DNA from: Amphiscolops sp. MND2022 | Taxonomy: Eukaryota | Length of the DNA stretch: 64,000 nt | Assembly: GCA_964187785.1 (NCBI GenBank) | Contig: OZ076409.1 | Location: forward strand, 63,304,001 to 63,368,000 | Direction of reading: 5' to 3' | Shown here: piece after piece, positions 9,801 to 20,166 of the stretch | Layout of the letters: each line of letters opens with the position of its first letter | Numbering within the stretch: position 1 is the first letter of the stretch | Position numbers and translations under genes: made by a program | The notes under the pieces: model-generated | Database searches by the model: none | Told to the model about the DNA's origin: nothing | What the model saw: only the letters and a program-made list of their open reading frames with translations

Positions 9801-12002
9801 GGAGCACAGAACACAGCAGCTGACTATTTGTCCCGATTGGAGGCAGATCCGAAGGATAAACTAGTCATGAAAATCCGAGAAGACGTGCAAACTTTACCCA
9901 TTGAGATAAATGTTCAATCTGCGGGGGTATCACAGGAAGAACAAATATTCTATACGCATGATGATGACGAGACAGAGGAACAGTATTGGGCAAGAAAAGA
10001 AGCAATCAGGAAAAATCCAATGACTGATGAGCCCACTGTTACCATAGAAACTCTGTCAACCAATTTGGTCAAACAACAACCAGACATCCAAGTCCGATTA
10101 AAGAAAACAAACCAGATAATCATCGAGCAGTCCAAAGATGCAGTATTGCAACAACTGAAGGCAAAGCTCCTTCATGAAGACTATTCAGAAAACATACTGC
10201 AACAGGATGCCCGATATAGACACTATGCAAATAATCTGGAACGAATTGTACTCAAGGACGAAATCCTGACGAGGCAATATTTTGATGAAACAGGGAATGT
10301 TAAATATCATCAAATTTTGCTCCCGCAACACCTACTTCGGGAATTGCTCCACTCCCTTCACGGGACAGCGCATAAACATCCCGGAATTTCAAAAATGTTG
10401 CAGGAAATCAGACAAAGGTATTACTACCCTAGCATGGCCAAACACGTCAAAAAGTGGGTAGAAGGGTGTGAACAATGTGCCAGAGACAAAAGAGTCCCTA
10501 ACGCAACAATCACACCTGAGCTGCTCAACTTGCCCGAATGGGACCTTGGACCTGAAGACGCCATGCAGATTGACCTATTGCCGAATCTTCCCCCAAGTGG
10601 AGGGTACGAAAATGTTCTAACGGCAATTGATGTTTTCTCCAGATATTTGTTCGCTTACCCTCTTACAGACGCATCAGCAATCAATGTGGCAAAAGCGCTC
10701 ATTGACATAATGACCAAGCATGCATATCTGCCAACGACTCTTATTACTGATAAGGGTACTGCATTCACTTCTACGATTATTGCGGAGGTTACGCAAATTT
10801 TGGGCATTACACTCAAATGTGCAACGACAAAGCACCCGCAAACAATTGGGAAATTAGAGCGGACCCATGCCTCATTAAAGACAAACCTCAAAATGGCATG
10901 TGGGGAATACCGCCGACAATGGCATAAATATTTGCCATTAGCAGTACTTAATCATAATACGAGTTATCATGCCAGTATTGGTTGTGAACCAACCAGAGTA
11001 TTCCATGGCAGAATTCCCTATAACATTCTGGATCACAAGCTTGGAAATAATCCAAACGAAAAGATCAACCCTACAACTGAATTTGCAGAAGAAATCCAAA
11101 ACCGAACAAAAATCCTAATTGACAAAACGAAACAGAACATTATGCAGTCGTACATCAAGTACAAAGAATATTACGACCGCAAAGCAAAAGCTGCTCCATT
11201 GAAGGAGAATGATTACTGTTTCGTCTTACAGCCGAAAGCGGATCATCAAGGATCAAAAATTCCATTTCGCGATTACCGTTGGGTTGGACCATTTGTAGTC
11301 CAAAAGGTTTTGCCAAATGAAAACTACATAGTACGAAGGATCAATACGAACAAAACTCAAATTTTGCATCGCATTCGCCTTAAAAAGTTTATTCCCAATC
11401 AACCGCTTGAGGACAATTTCCGAGAACAACGTCTGCAGCCAGACGAAGAAATTGTCATTCCGCAAGACGACCTATACGTTATAGCGTGGGAAACAGATTT
11501 TGGAGAGCAGCTAGTTACACGAGGCAGCGAGCCTATTCCGACTAGCGCGCCGAATGGCGAACAGCCGAACACGGCAGAAACGAATGCAAATGACGTAAAC
11601 GAGACCGAAGCGGATTACATAATCACGCGAGAAGAATTAAACAACGACAACGCGGCACACAGCCGGAATAAACGCTTAAATGATGACGTCACTGAAAGAA
11701 ATAAAGCTACTGCAGTGACAGAAAATGCCAAATCTGATTGGCCGATTCCGGCCGTTTCCCCAAAAAACCAAGAAAATTCTTTGCCGAATACGGCAGATGG
11801 ACCGGAAAATGATGAAACGTTTTCAGAAAGAAATTCAATGAATGAAAACGATGCACAAACCTCTCCAAAAAGGGGGGATGATATTATCGTGCCCGAAATA
11901 TCTGAAAGCGACGCTAGAAATGAAAGTCTGAGCCCTAGAGGAGGGAAATATAATCTCAGGCCTAACCCTAATCCAAACTACTCAGAAGACTTCAGATACT
12001 AA
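6792..12002 (+). CDS. pol: Pol polyprotein: aspartic protease, dUTPase-like insert, RT, RNase H, integrase
   Basis: LIDTG protease; YVDD RT; TDAS and TDNK RNase H; HHCC (H..HPG...CEQC) and D-D-E (QIDL, TDKG, LERTH) integrase. Uninterrupted ORF 6897-12002, extended upstream to the slip site. Confidence 0.96.
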   Translation, partial: KKLTSPRLQYNQLISVRQYIRSDPPTQTFHQYNQQLMGYPSVVWQQQMEKATIITYNNTHLFQKPIPVWDPDYTSAFNSRFRPIPLVDDYNPTYIDPDYGRDPYWDTELYNQDLLQFQYVIDDIELYNKSAHENPPITHNKKTRALIETWQMNDGTSHPVFPNPLGTENTENSGEITPQSLLDEKQFQNVLITRDGEPDCIPLSTNINLKCKKRMLYFPMDFGELTIDGLIDTGVLSSAIPEMDLRKIRLLSPQSVIREGPPPNFQIMVANGQLETPKSTIELKFEVGDIEFHEIFIVMEHLTGPIIGLMFLQRNHTVLNMRQGILNFPFFSMQLKTADHKYSNVLEPILNPTEITIPPNDRVLIRTNSLLYPENTVTGILQPSDLLHEEGDITFCPALVTLNDGNISIPVNNFTDHPYKLKKGLHIASFSVMTPEQMKYVKPVDPASTWHLLQNDQEQAAHYVSSLIKTNRNSQNPENYWFPTPENPGNPEEHTPIQKRVLRELQALQDLESLDPTKDEESREKFLRNFDWKDSTLTLEEKTKIEELLVEFHDIFARHRFDIGMNEEFKVKLTPKDDSPAYSQSLPVPINLKEDILVELAMLHKYGIITTLPFSKYASPIFAQKKPNGKLRLLVDLRKINNLISDDYINNNHPVSTLVDAAQHLAGKKLFCKLDCSQAYHCLPMADQRSIEMLAFNFASRTFAYRRLAQGLSRSLSAFSSFMREYLDKVIKADQCAQYVDDIGIAANDVEHLIMNLRATFKCIQEAGLKLTMHKCHFGAKEIDFLGRTITPQGVKPQKQNVQNFLEKTKFPKSKKALQRYLGFLNYYRNYVPRLSERLAPFYKMLKSDEKVLVSKELVQQFEEINKALDKCCDLALQQPIPNKQIALMTDASFGAAGYAVLIENDPSQKFTSIRKSYAPVAYGSKTFTPAQIKMSIYAKEFLAIYFAFKEFGHIFWGAPKPIIILTDNKAVTRFFQTKIIPPALWNACDYVIQFNFVIAHIPGAQNTAADYLSRLEADPKDKLVMKIREDVQTLPIEINVQSAGVSQEEQIFYTHDDDETEEQYWARKEAIRKNPMTDEPTVTIETLSTNLVKQQPDIQVRLKKTNQIIIEQSKDAVLQQLKAKLLHEDYSENILQQDARYRHYANNLERIVLKDEILTRQYFDETGNVKYHQILLPQHLLRELLHSLHGTAHKHPGISKMLQEIRQRYYYPSMAKHVKKWVEGCEQCARDKRVPNATITPELLNLPEWDLGPEDAMQIDLLPNLPPSGGYENVLTAIDVFSRYLFAYPLTDASAINVAKALIDIMTKHAYLPTTLITDKGTAFTSTIIAEVTQILGITLKCATTKHPQTIGKLERTHASLKTNLKMACGEYRRQWHKYLPLAVLNHNTSYHASIGCEPTRVFHGRIPYNILDHKLGNNPNEKINPTTEFAEEIQNRTKILIDKTKQNIMQSYIKYKEYYDRKAKAAPLKENDYCFVLQPKADHQGSKIPFRDYRWVGPFVVQKVLPNENYIVRRINTNKTQILHRIRLKKFIPNQPLEDNFREQRLQPDEEIVIPQDDLYVIAWETDFGEQLVTRGSEPIPTSAPNGEQPNTAETNANDVNETEADYIITREELNNDNAAHSRNKRLNDDVTERNKATAVTENAKSDWPIPAVSPKNQENSLPNTADGPENDETFSERNSMNENDAQTSPKRGDDIIVPEISESDARNESLSPRGGKYNLRPNPNPNYSEDFRY

Positions 12003-12244
12003 AGATTGAATTCTTCCCGAAAATGGGAGTTCTTTCTTATTATCTTTTTCTGTTTTTTTTCAGTCCCTCTAGTATCTTTTGAATAAATAATGGGACGAAC
12101 GAAGAACCCCTTTCAAAATAAATAAATACGGGGGTGAAAGATACAAACAATGAGGAAACAGAAATCAAAGGCAAACGAAAGAATAAATACAACAAAGAAT
12201 AAACAAAGTTTGTGAACTAGCGTACATAAATACATATGTACAAG

Positions 12245-15200
12245 TTACTTCTTAGAAGTTGAGGGTGTGGGAACACTGGTGACAGATGAACTAGAAGACC
12301 GAGACTTTGTAGTGCCCATCCGTCTTCTCTTTGTACTACTTGGGATCTGTAAGGCAGACTGCTCAGGTATAGGAGAAACTTCTTGGGGATCCAAGCTGAC
12401 AACGTTCCCTTGAGGGCCTGCTGCCGCTACTTTGTAGGATGAAAGTAAGGACTTATAGATTTTGGATCGCCCAAATGTGTCCACATAATCCCAAGGATCA
12501 TAAGTGGGGGCGAATGCTGCCCTTCCGAAATCAGAGGCGAGCAAGGAGAATTTTGGCAGACTTGAATCCTGACTGCAGAATGGGATTGAATCGGGAACCC
12601 CAGACAAGTAACTTTGTCCTGGCAACACGACATCAGTGAACCTTCCATGAGGGCCTACAAGACCAATGTTACCGAAAGTAACAGGAGGGAATTCTCTACT
12701 ACAAGCAGTAATGCATAGACAACACAACTTGAAGAGACGGAGAAGTCGTGGTTTAGCACGGAGGAAATCAACTCCCATGAGGAATTCGATCAAATCAGCA
12801 GATAAATCGGTGAAGTTGAAGTCAGCTGGATAAGTAATTCGCAAGTGGTCTATCAGACCGAGGTATTCTTCGCGATAAGAAGATTCATCAGCACTTGTGA
12901 CCCAAGATCGTAGCAGGAAAGTGTTATAGAGTACCTCAAAATGCCGCAAAGAAACATCAATTGGACGGCTAAACAAGACCTGAGGATTGAAAGCTGCCAA
13001 GCCTTGGACCAAGTGGGAATTCAGCCCCACCTGATGTAGCACTCCCTCTATCATGTGCTTGATGAAACTGAGTGCCTCCTGGACAAAATCGCTCTTCACT
13101 TCATTGACGGTCTTCTGGATTGTGGCCTTATCAGGTTTCTTGCCAACTAAGAGCCCTTCAGCCTTGATTTTACTGGCTGCAGCAACTTTCGAGGAGAGCT
13201 TCAGCCGAATCAGGAAGTCCTCCACCTCTTTGAATTTTCCTTCCGATGTTTTGAATCCCATGAGATGGAAACAGGAATTTTCTAAGGGGACAGTATCAGG
13301 GGTGAAACAGCGAGAACAGAGCCGGTACACAAATTGGCTAGCCTCACCAAACATGTAGAAGGATGCGTCACGTCGCTGATGGAGATTGACTACGAAGCTG
13401 GATAAATCTGCAACCATAAAAGGAAAATGTCCGATACAAGCAGAACAAAACAAAAGGAAACTACAAGAAACCACTAACAATCGCTGACAAGTCGTTGGAA
13501 AAACTCGAGTTTAACAGTGATAAACTCGTCACAAATGAGCGACCACTCAAAACTCTGTACCTGTGGAACACAAAGACCGTGTTAACAATCAGTAAGAAAT
13601 TAGTGGCCTGTAAAAGACCAAGGGAACTCTGAATCAACCACGAGGTGGAACGATTAGGACGAAAGACTTACTCTGCTTCGGACTCCTTGACCTTCTTGTC
13701 TGGCCGAGTGAACGGTTAGATAAGTGCGCACATTCTTCCATTGGTTGACCAGCTCTGTGCACAGTGTGGGCAGGCCTTTAAGGTCAAGTTTGCATGAAGA
13801 GATGGCCTAGAACAATAGAACGGGAGTGAAACGTATGCCTTTATTTTGAACCCGTGATTCACCTTGACTGTCATACCAACCCGATGATGTTCGGGGGACT
13901 CTAGGACCCAGTCCTCTGTTTGAGACCCTCCCAATGAGACCAAGAGGGCTTGCAACACTGAAAAGAAGTCGATCTTTCCAAAGACGCTGTAACTTCCTTT
14001 ATGCATCAGTGTGAACAGTGACAAGTGCTCGAATCGGGAACAGCTTTGGACTCCTCTGGGGAAGTAACTGCAATGGTCAAGAGTGCGTACAAAGTCCACT
14101 GAGCATCCAGAACACGCCACGATGTCTGCTCTGGTGGAGACCACGGAAAGGAACCGAGACAGTGATCCTAGCTCCCCTGTGAGTTGGGGTGATGGGAGCT
14201 TACTACGGCATGCAAACACGCGACACAACTTTTCGTCTTTCCAGAAGCGTACACTCATATGACGATAACTACCATAGTCTTCAAATTCTACTGAGAAACA
14301 TTGTTCGGCGGCTACCACCTGGGAGATGTCGTCCATTGCACAATTGAAGATATGCTGGAATATGGCCTGGAAAACACGAATACTCAATAGCGATTAATAC
14401 GACCCCCCCCTTCTTTTTCCAGCGGTCAATGAAGACTATACTTACAGTGAGACGTTCTTCGCCCCAGTCAAAATCACAAAGCGTAGCCTGGTAGTTTGTG
14501 AAGGACCCAATCCTTGCCCACAAATTGCGAAGTAAAGACAGGTCGCCGTGCGTCTGGATGTAGTCCGAGATGATACAAATTTGGGTTTTGGCACGCGAAT
14601 CAGGTGTCACCAGCGCTGTAGAGCTTCCTTTAAGGAAATCGTCATAAAAGGGGAAACGCTCCCCTATGTCCACCAATTCGGCATGGATAAATTCCGGGAG
14701 CTCTTTGGCAAGCTCAATTTTAGTCAACACCTTCCCGTTCCGGCCTCGTACTCTGTGTTGAACTTTTCCACTGATGGGGTCGACACTTCGAAGGTGTTCA
14801 TATCTCCACCTCTGATCGCGCCTCAAATGCTTCTCTGACCTGTGGTGCCGTATGATCTCGAAAGTGCCTTTAGTTTTTATAGAGATATTTTTCTTGCAGA
14901 TGTGGCACCACACCATGCAAGGGTTGTGGAGAGGGTCTGCAGGCCCAGAGATGAAGGACCGCGTCCAACCAATTTTGGAGAAAAACTCCTCCCGCATGGG
15001 GACCCCACGTTGGACTGTTCCAGATTTCCTTTTAGTCCTCTTAATCTGAGGGGCCGTGTTGGTCCTCTCCTCAATTGCTGCTTCCCTGATTGCGGACAGT
15101 GTCTCATCGGGACAACTCATTTCACTGGAGGTTCCAGCGTCAACAATTTTGGCCGGGATCTTTGCTTCTGAGGCTCGTTGTTTGGACCCATCGGCAGTAG

Positions 15201-16389
15201 ATCTCTGGAATGACTCGGCAATTAAAGCCATTTCTGCTGCACTATCCGATTCCCCATAACTCACCGACATGTCTTCTCCTGCTGAAGTACCTGAAGAACC
15301 TGGATCAGGTGGACCAATGTACGAATCACTCTCAGTTCCTCCCTCGCTAGTGTCACTGTCCATTCGAGGGTGGGGAGTTTGGGCTCGGTGCCGAGACCGG
15401 AAATGGGCAGTCCGTGACTCTGCGGTCGCTGGGGCCCCCCTTACTGCTCCTAAAACCATCTTCTCCATGGTTGTGAAAGATTGACTCAGTGTTTCATTGG
15501 TGAGAGTTTTGAGGAGGTGATATAATTGGGGCTCACTAAAAGCCACTGTGGGATGTCCAACTGGTAAAGAAAATGGAGGCGTTTCATCGAAAAATTGTTT
15601 GAGTATTGCCCTGCTCCTTCCTGACAATTCCTGCGTGGGGACACCGACCGTACGTCCTGAAGTTCCGGGTTCCGCCTGAATGGTAATCTCGGTAGCGGGA
15701 CCTGATTCGTCTCCTCCCTCCGTTCCTGACTCTGGATCGCCAAAGGCAACATTTCGGGTGTGATGATATCCCAACCTACTTATCTCATCTTCAGTCTTTT
15801 CAGCGTCACTTAATTCGTTCGGGAGTATCCTTTGATCCGACAATCCGGGCAATGCTGGGACCTCATATATGGAAGATGAGGTGTCTTCGCCGGCAGAAAG
15901 GTGTGTTCCAGAATGTTCTCTGATGAGGGATGTCGTAACTGGGACCAACTCTGGAAGGCTGCTCTCCGCTGTGGTAGTAATCCTGAGAGCTGACTCGAGG
16001 GAGGTCAAACTAGAAGGGTGAGCCTCACTTGGACCGACTGGTACTGGGGTACTCGTCCGGACTTGAGTTGCGATATCCGAGCCCGTAGCTGCTGATTCTA
16101 GGGTCTGTTGGACTTGGACCACAGTGTTTCCAGCTTGATCTGTCCCAAAATATGGGGATTTCTCTTTCTGACACACAACGCTGGCAGCGTATGCGTTAAC
16201 GTCTTCATCACTATCATCTTTTGAGGATGCCCGTTGGTCAAATTGATTTTCAGGCCTGGGACCCTCGCCATCAATTGCGGTAGAGGCTTGGACAAGGGTT
16301 GGATTTGGTGTCGAATGAGTTTCTTCTACTGGATTCTCTAAACAGAAAGAGATGAATTTTCGCGGCGAGCTTCCTTGGAAAGAATCCAT
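12245..16389 (-). CDS. Five-exon antisense accessory gene (~1269 aa): disordered N-terminus, BED-like zinc finger, inactive hAT-transposase-like body
   Basis: Exons 16389-14446, 14366-13881, 13806-13672, 13560-13479, 13407-12245. GT-AG introns of 79, 74, 111 and 71 nt (phases 0,0,0,1) join the separate ORFs into one frame. An alternative intron-2 donor at 13862 adds 6 aa. Zinc finger WCHICKK...IIRHHRSEKH. Confidence 0.82.
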
Positions 16390-17482
16390 TAAGCCGCATT
16401 AGAAATCTTCCGGAAGTGTTTGAAACGTGAACGAAACGTGCTATCACGTATTAGTTGATGGAAACAGGAAGCGCCTATCGGACAAATTAGCTCTGATCAA
16501 GTTAACTTTGTTCAAATTATAAAATCCAAACCAACCTGAATCAGAAGACATCCTGCCGTAGAAGAGCTGGATTTCGGGAAACAGTCCTAGATCGGCTTGG
16601 ATAATTGGGGGATAAGGCCGAACTCGGCTAAAGGTGAAGAGAAGTTGGAGAGGATCCGAAGGGAATAGCTGTCGATGGAAGCGAAAGCAAGAGCGATCGT
16701 ATACCGTTATCAAAGACTCAGACGAATAGACAATTCGAATATAACAATTATGTGAGTAAAAAGGAATTGGAATATAATAATAATCAAAGAATTGAAGAGT
16801 TGGAGTTCGTGGCTGAAGATTATTACCAGACTAATATTATGGGATTATTTACATATTTATTCTGTACATGGAGTCTGCCAGCGAAATGTACAAAGATTAC
16901 TTCATTATTTACAACTTATGGAATTATTGGCCGATTACGGCCGTTTACCCTATTTCGGTTTATCATCTTGTTCCATTTCGTTTGTTATCCTAATTGGGAC
17001 TTCCGTTATTATAGTTACTCAAATTGTTATTTCCGCTATTTTGAATTATTTTAATTTATCATTTTCGCCATTTTATTACTTAATTTTTCATTTTATCGGA
17101 GCTTAACTCTGATTGGCTGAAGCCGCGTTGAAAGAATTTAGCGGCGCGTGTCGTTAATAGCCTTCAAGCGACCCGTTAATTACCCACTTGAGATGGAGAG
17201 AATTGACGTTAATAGCTCAAGCGTCGTTCACACCTCTTCAGGTGATGGTGTTGATGACGGGTAAACATCGGTATATCAAAGGCGGCCGACTAATTATGGA
17301 ATTCCATTCAGGAATGTTTATGTCGGATCAGGACAATTTACCGAAGATTCAACCGCCGAAAACGAATTGCCGGGAAATGGCCCGAGTCGGCTAAATTCTC
17401 AAATTTGTTGAATTCATTCTATCTCAAACTTTGATTCTGACTAGTTGCCTCCTCAAGCTTCAAAATAGCTAAAAAACTCATA

Positions 17483-18265
17483 ATGAGCAAGTACAATCTG
17501 GCAAGAAAGTTATTCGACTTGGACTATGATTTTGACGAATCTAACGAATCTGTCATCTACATATCTAGTAGTGAGAGTGAAGCCTCAGATTGGGAAACCG
17601 ATTGTTCCACTGATACGGAACAACTGGTAGCCAGGATCGAGAGAGAGGTAATCTCCAGCCCCATGTTAATAGGGGGCCGCATTATGACTGTAGACTTGCC
17701 CGAAGAAGAAGAAGTTACAGAAGCTGGCCCGAGCTCCAGACAGATGCAGGCGGACGTGACCCCAAAGTTGGACCACAAATATTTCGATAAAGAAATGTGT
17801 TATGCTCCCCCAAAGAAGATAGGGAAATCTCGGATAGAGCTCTGCAAAACTCTACTTCCTGTCATGGAGTCACCTCTGTCACCGCCCCCTCATGAGAGAG
17901 GACCGTCTGTGGATACCCCGCTAGTAGTGGCCGATTCCGGATTTAGGGCTTCATACCACATTCAAAACACGAGGCCGTACGAGAACGTGAGCGAAACACG
18001 TTATACCGGATGTATGGTCTGCGGCCGCTCAGTAGATGCGATCAAGAAACAGCGAGTGGACTGGTACATGGACAGATCTACACCGAGAGATGAGCCAGAA
18101 TTCATAACAAAGCTGAGGAGAGAAGCCTACGAAAACGGATTGAACGCAGGTTCGTTTCTTTTTCTTGCACCCGCAGTGTCGCAGGCTGCCGCCTGTGACG
18201 GCACTATGATTACGACAACAAGCAATGACCAAGAAGTCATACCCGGAACGCTGCCGACTTTTTAA
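17483..18265 (+). CDS. Sense accessory ORF (260 aa, unknown function) ending inside the 3' LTR
   Basis: Acidic N-terminus and CMVC motif. Clear homologue in element 2 (27845-28628, -). AATAAA at 18267-18272 right after the stop. Confidence 0.8.
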   Translation: MSKYNLARKLFDLDYDFDESNESVIYISSSESEASDWETDCSTDTEQLVARIEREVISSPMLIGGRIMTVDLPEEEEVTEAGPSSRQMQADVTPKLDHKYFDKEMCYAPPKKIGKSRIELCKTLLPVMESPLSPPPHERGPSVDTPLVVADSGFRASYHIQNTRPYENVSETRYTGCMVCGRSVDAIKKQRVDWYMDRSTPRDEPEFITKLRREAYENGLNAGSFLFLAPAVSQAAACDGTMITTTSNDQEVIPGTLPTF

Positions 18266-19966
18266 GAATAAAACTGCTAAAACTTTGGAAACTGTTTACA
18301 TCATGTATTTTTGTTTGTATTTATTTTTTGGTCATTTATACTGGATGTTCAAATTAGTCTGTTAATATTACGATTTGGGATTAGCCAAATCAGTTCGTTG
18401 ATGTAGTAACTGAATTAAATTGCAAAGTTGTATTGATGCTGTAGCAAACAATAAGAGAGCAAGTTAACCGCGAGAAGGAAACGTGTTCGAGTGCGGAAAC
18501 GTCCCTTCTCGGTGATATAACTCACTACAGTTGTGCTAGCCAATCACGTGCTGTAATTCTTGCTGTACTATTGTTGTATTTATTAATTGGCCGGTTAAGG
18601 CCGCCTGACGAAATTCCACTCTCACTGCTCACTACTTTGGTCAAACGGCCGGATCCGGCCGTGAAGCAATAATGAAAAGGAACTAACTTATTACGTCAAT
18701 ACTTCATTAGTAATAATACAATTGTTCTTTCATGTAGTTTAAATGTTCATTGTTGATAATATGAAGCTTTGTTTAGTATTTGGCCGAGTAAGGCCCATTG
18801 AACTAATATATATTGTTTCAACTGGTACTCTGGTCAAATGGCCGATTGTGGCCATTTCATGCATATTTGTGTTTATTGTTCAGTTAACCAGATATTAACC
18901 CGGAACTAACATGAATTCATCTCTGAAACAAATGAAGGTGCTTATGGTACTATATCATCTGCGTGATCCAAGCATATGCAAAATAGACGAATAAGGCCAT
19001 TTTCCTTCACTTCCCTGTTGTGCTGTCTGTACTTACGGATTTAAGCCTATTTCGGTTTCAGCATGAAATGTATTTTCATGAATAGTGGATTCATACCATA
19101 GTCCTTATGTGCAGTTATACATTCCATTCTCAGTGTAGTATATAATAAATCTTGTGTCGGCACGTGCCTCCACTTCACTTTGCGTGAGTTATGTAAACGA
19201 AGGTATTTGTTGACACTTTGATGTACATGCCTTAGTCGGTAGTTCGTTTGAAGCTACTATTTTTACTATATGACCCATAAATGCCATTCCCTAGATGTCC
19301 CCGAAGATATGTGAATATCAGGGTTTTCATCATGGAGCTAATAGTCATATGATACTATCAACCCAACTAGTTATGTAAGGAATGTGACTGTCATTCCCTA
19401 AAGGGTATAAATACTGTTATCCCATTGGGGAAATCATTAATTCCTTCCATTTTACTCTAGTTAAGTTTAATCTACAAACGGCACCGCTGTTATTTCCGTG
19501 TTGATTAATTCATTATTGACTCGGGACTGTTTCAATGCCAACCACTAGAAAGCAAAAGAAAGCTAGAAAGTCTAGAGGACTTGAGATGTTATCAGATATT
19601 GAAAATCTGGATATCATGTTAGGCGAAAACCATTTTGATAAAAATGAGAGAAATGAAAGTGTGAATAGTAATCAGGCCGGTAGGCCAGAAAGCTTATTTG
19701 GAGATGAACTTGGAGATGAGAATGAGAATGGGTTCCCAAACTCAAGAAATAATGGACCAAGTCCAAATACCGAATTAGGCCACAATTCAATCAGAGAGTG
19801 TTCAAGCGTTGAGATCAATAGATTGTCAAGCGAGTTAAATTCACGTATATCTCGAGAGATGGACGAAATGATGAATAGTGTCAGTGTTCAGATTCAAAGA
19901 GCCATAAATGAGGCAATTAGTAGCCAAATTTTGCCTCAAATCCAAAATGTAGTTATGGCCGGATCG
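18177..19966 (+). repeat. 3' LTR of element 1 (truncated by assembly gap)
   Basis: Nearly identical to 3725-5514. By eye I found two substitutions (4812/19264 and 5037/19489). Confidence 0.95.
19535..19966 (+). CDS. Copy of the Gag N-terminal ORF inside the 3' LTR (runs into gap)
   Basis: Identical translation to 5083-5514. Confidence 0.75.
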
Positions 19967-20166
19967 NNNNNNNNNNNNNNNNNNNNNNNNNNNNNNNNNN
20001 NNNNNNNNNNNNNNNNNNNNNNNNNNNNNNNNNNNNNNNNNNNNNNNNNNNNNNNNNNNNNNNNNNNNNNNNNNNNNNNNNNNNNNNNNNNNNNNNNNNN
20101 NNNNNNNNNNNNNNNNNNNNNNNNNNNNNNNNNNNNNNNNNNNNNNNNNNNNNNNNNNNNNNNNNN
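19967..20166. other. Assembly gap (200 N)
   Basis: N run. The sequence after it is not the expected LTR continuation. Confidence 1.

Larger units (their letters stand above)
3725..19966 (+). mobile_element. Full-length giant Ty3/Gypsy LTR retrotransposon (element 1, ~16.4 kb; projected end 20126 lies in the gap)
   Basis: Direct repeats offset by 14452 bp (3725 and 18177, both starting TGTCGCAGGC). PBS present. gag plus pol in PR-RT-RH-IN order. Inserted next to a (TA)n tract. Right TSD is hidden by the N gap. Confidence 0.96.

Noticed and set aside
16752..17394. Small ORFs resembling element 2 ORFs (e.g. RLIMEFHSGMF)
   Set aside because: Non-ATG starts and differing stops; better explained by non-coding nucleotide conservation.
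12245..18265. env gene interpretation of the cargo region
   Set aside because: No signal peptide, furin-site/fusion-peptide/TM arrangement, and the main gene is antisense.
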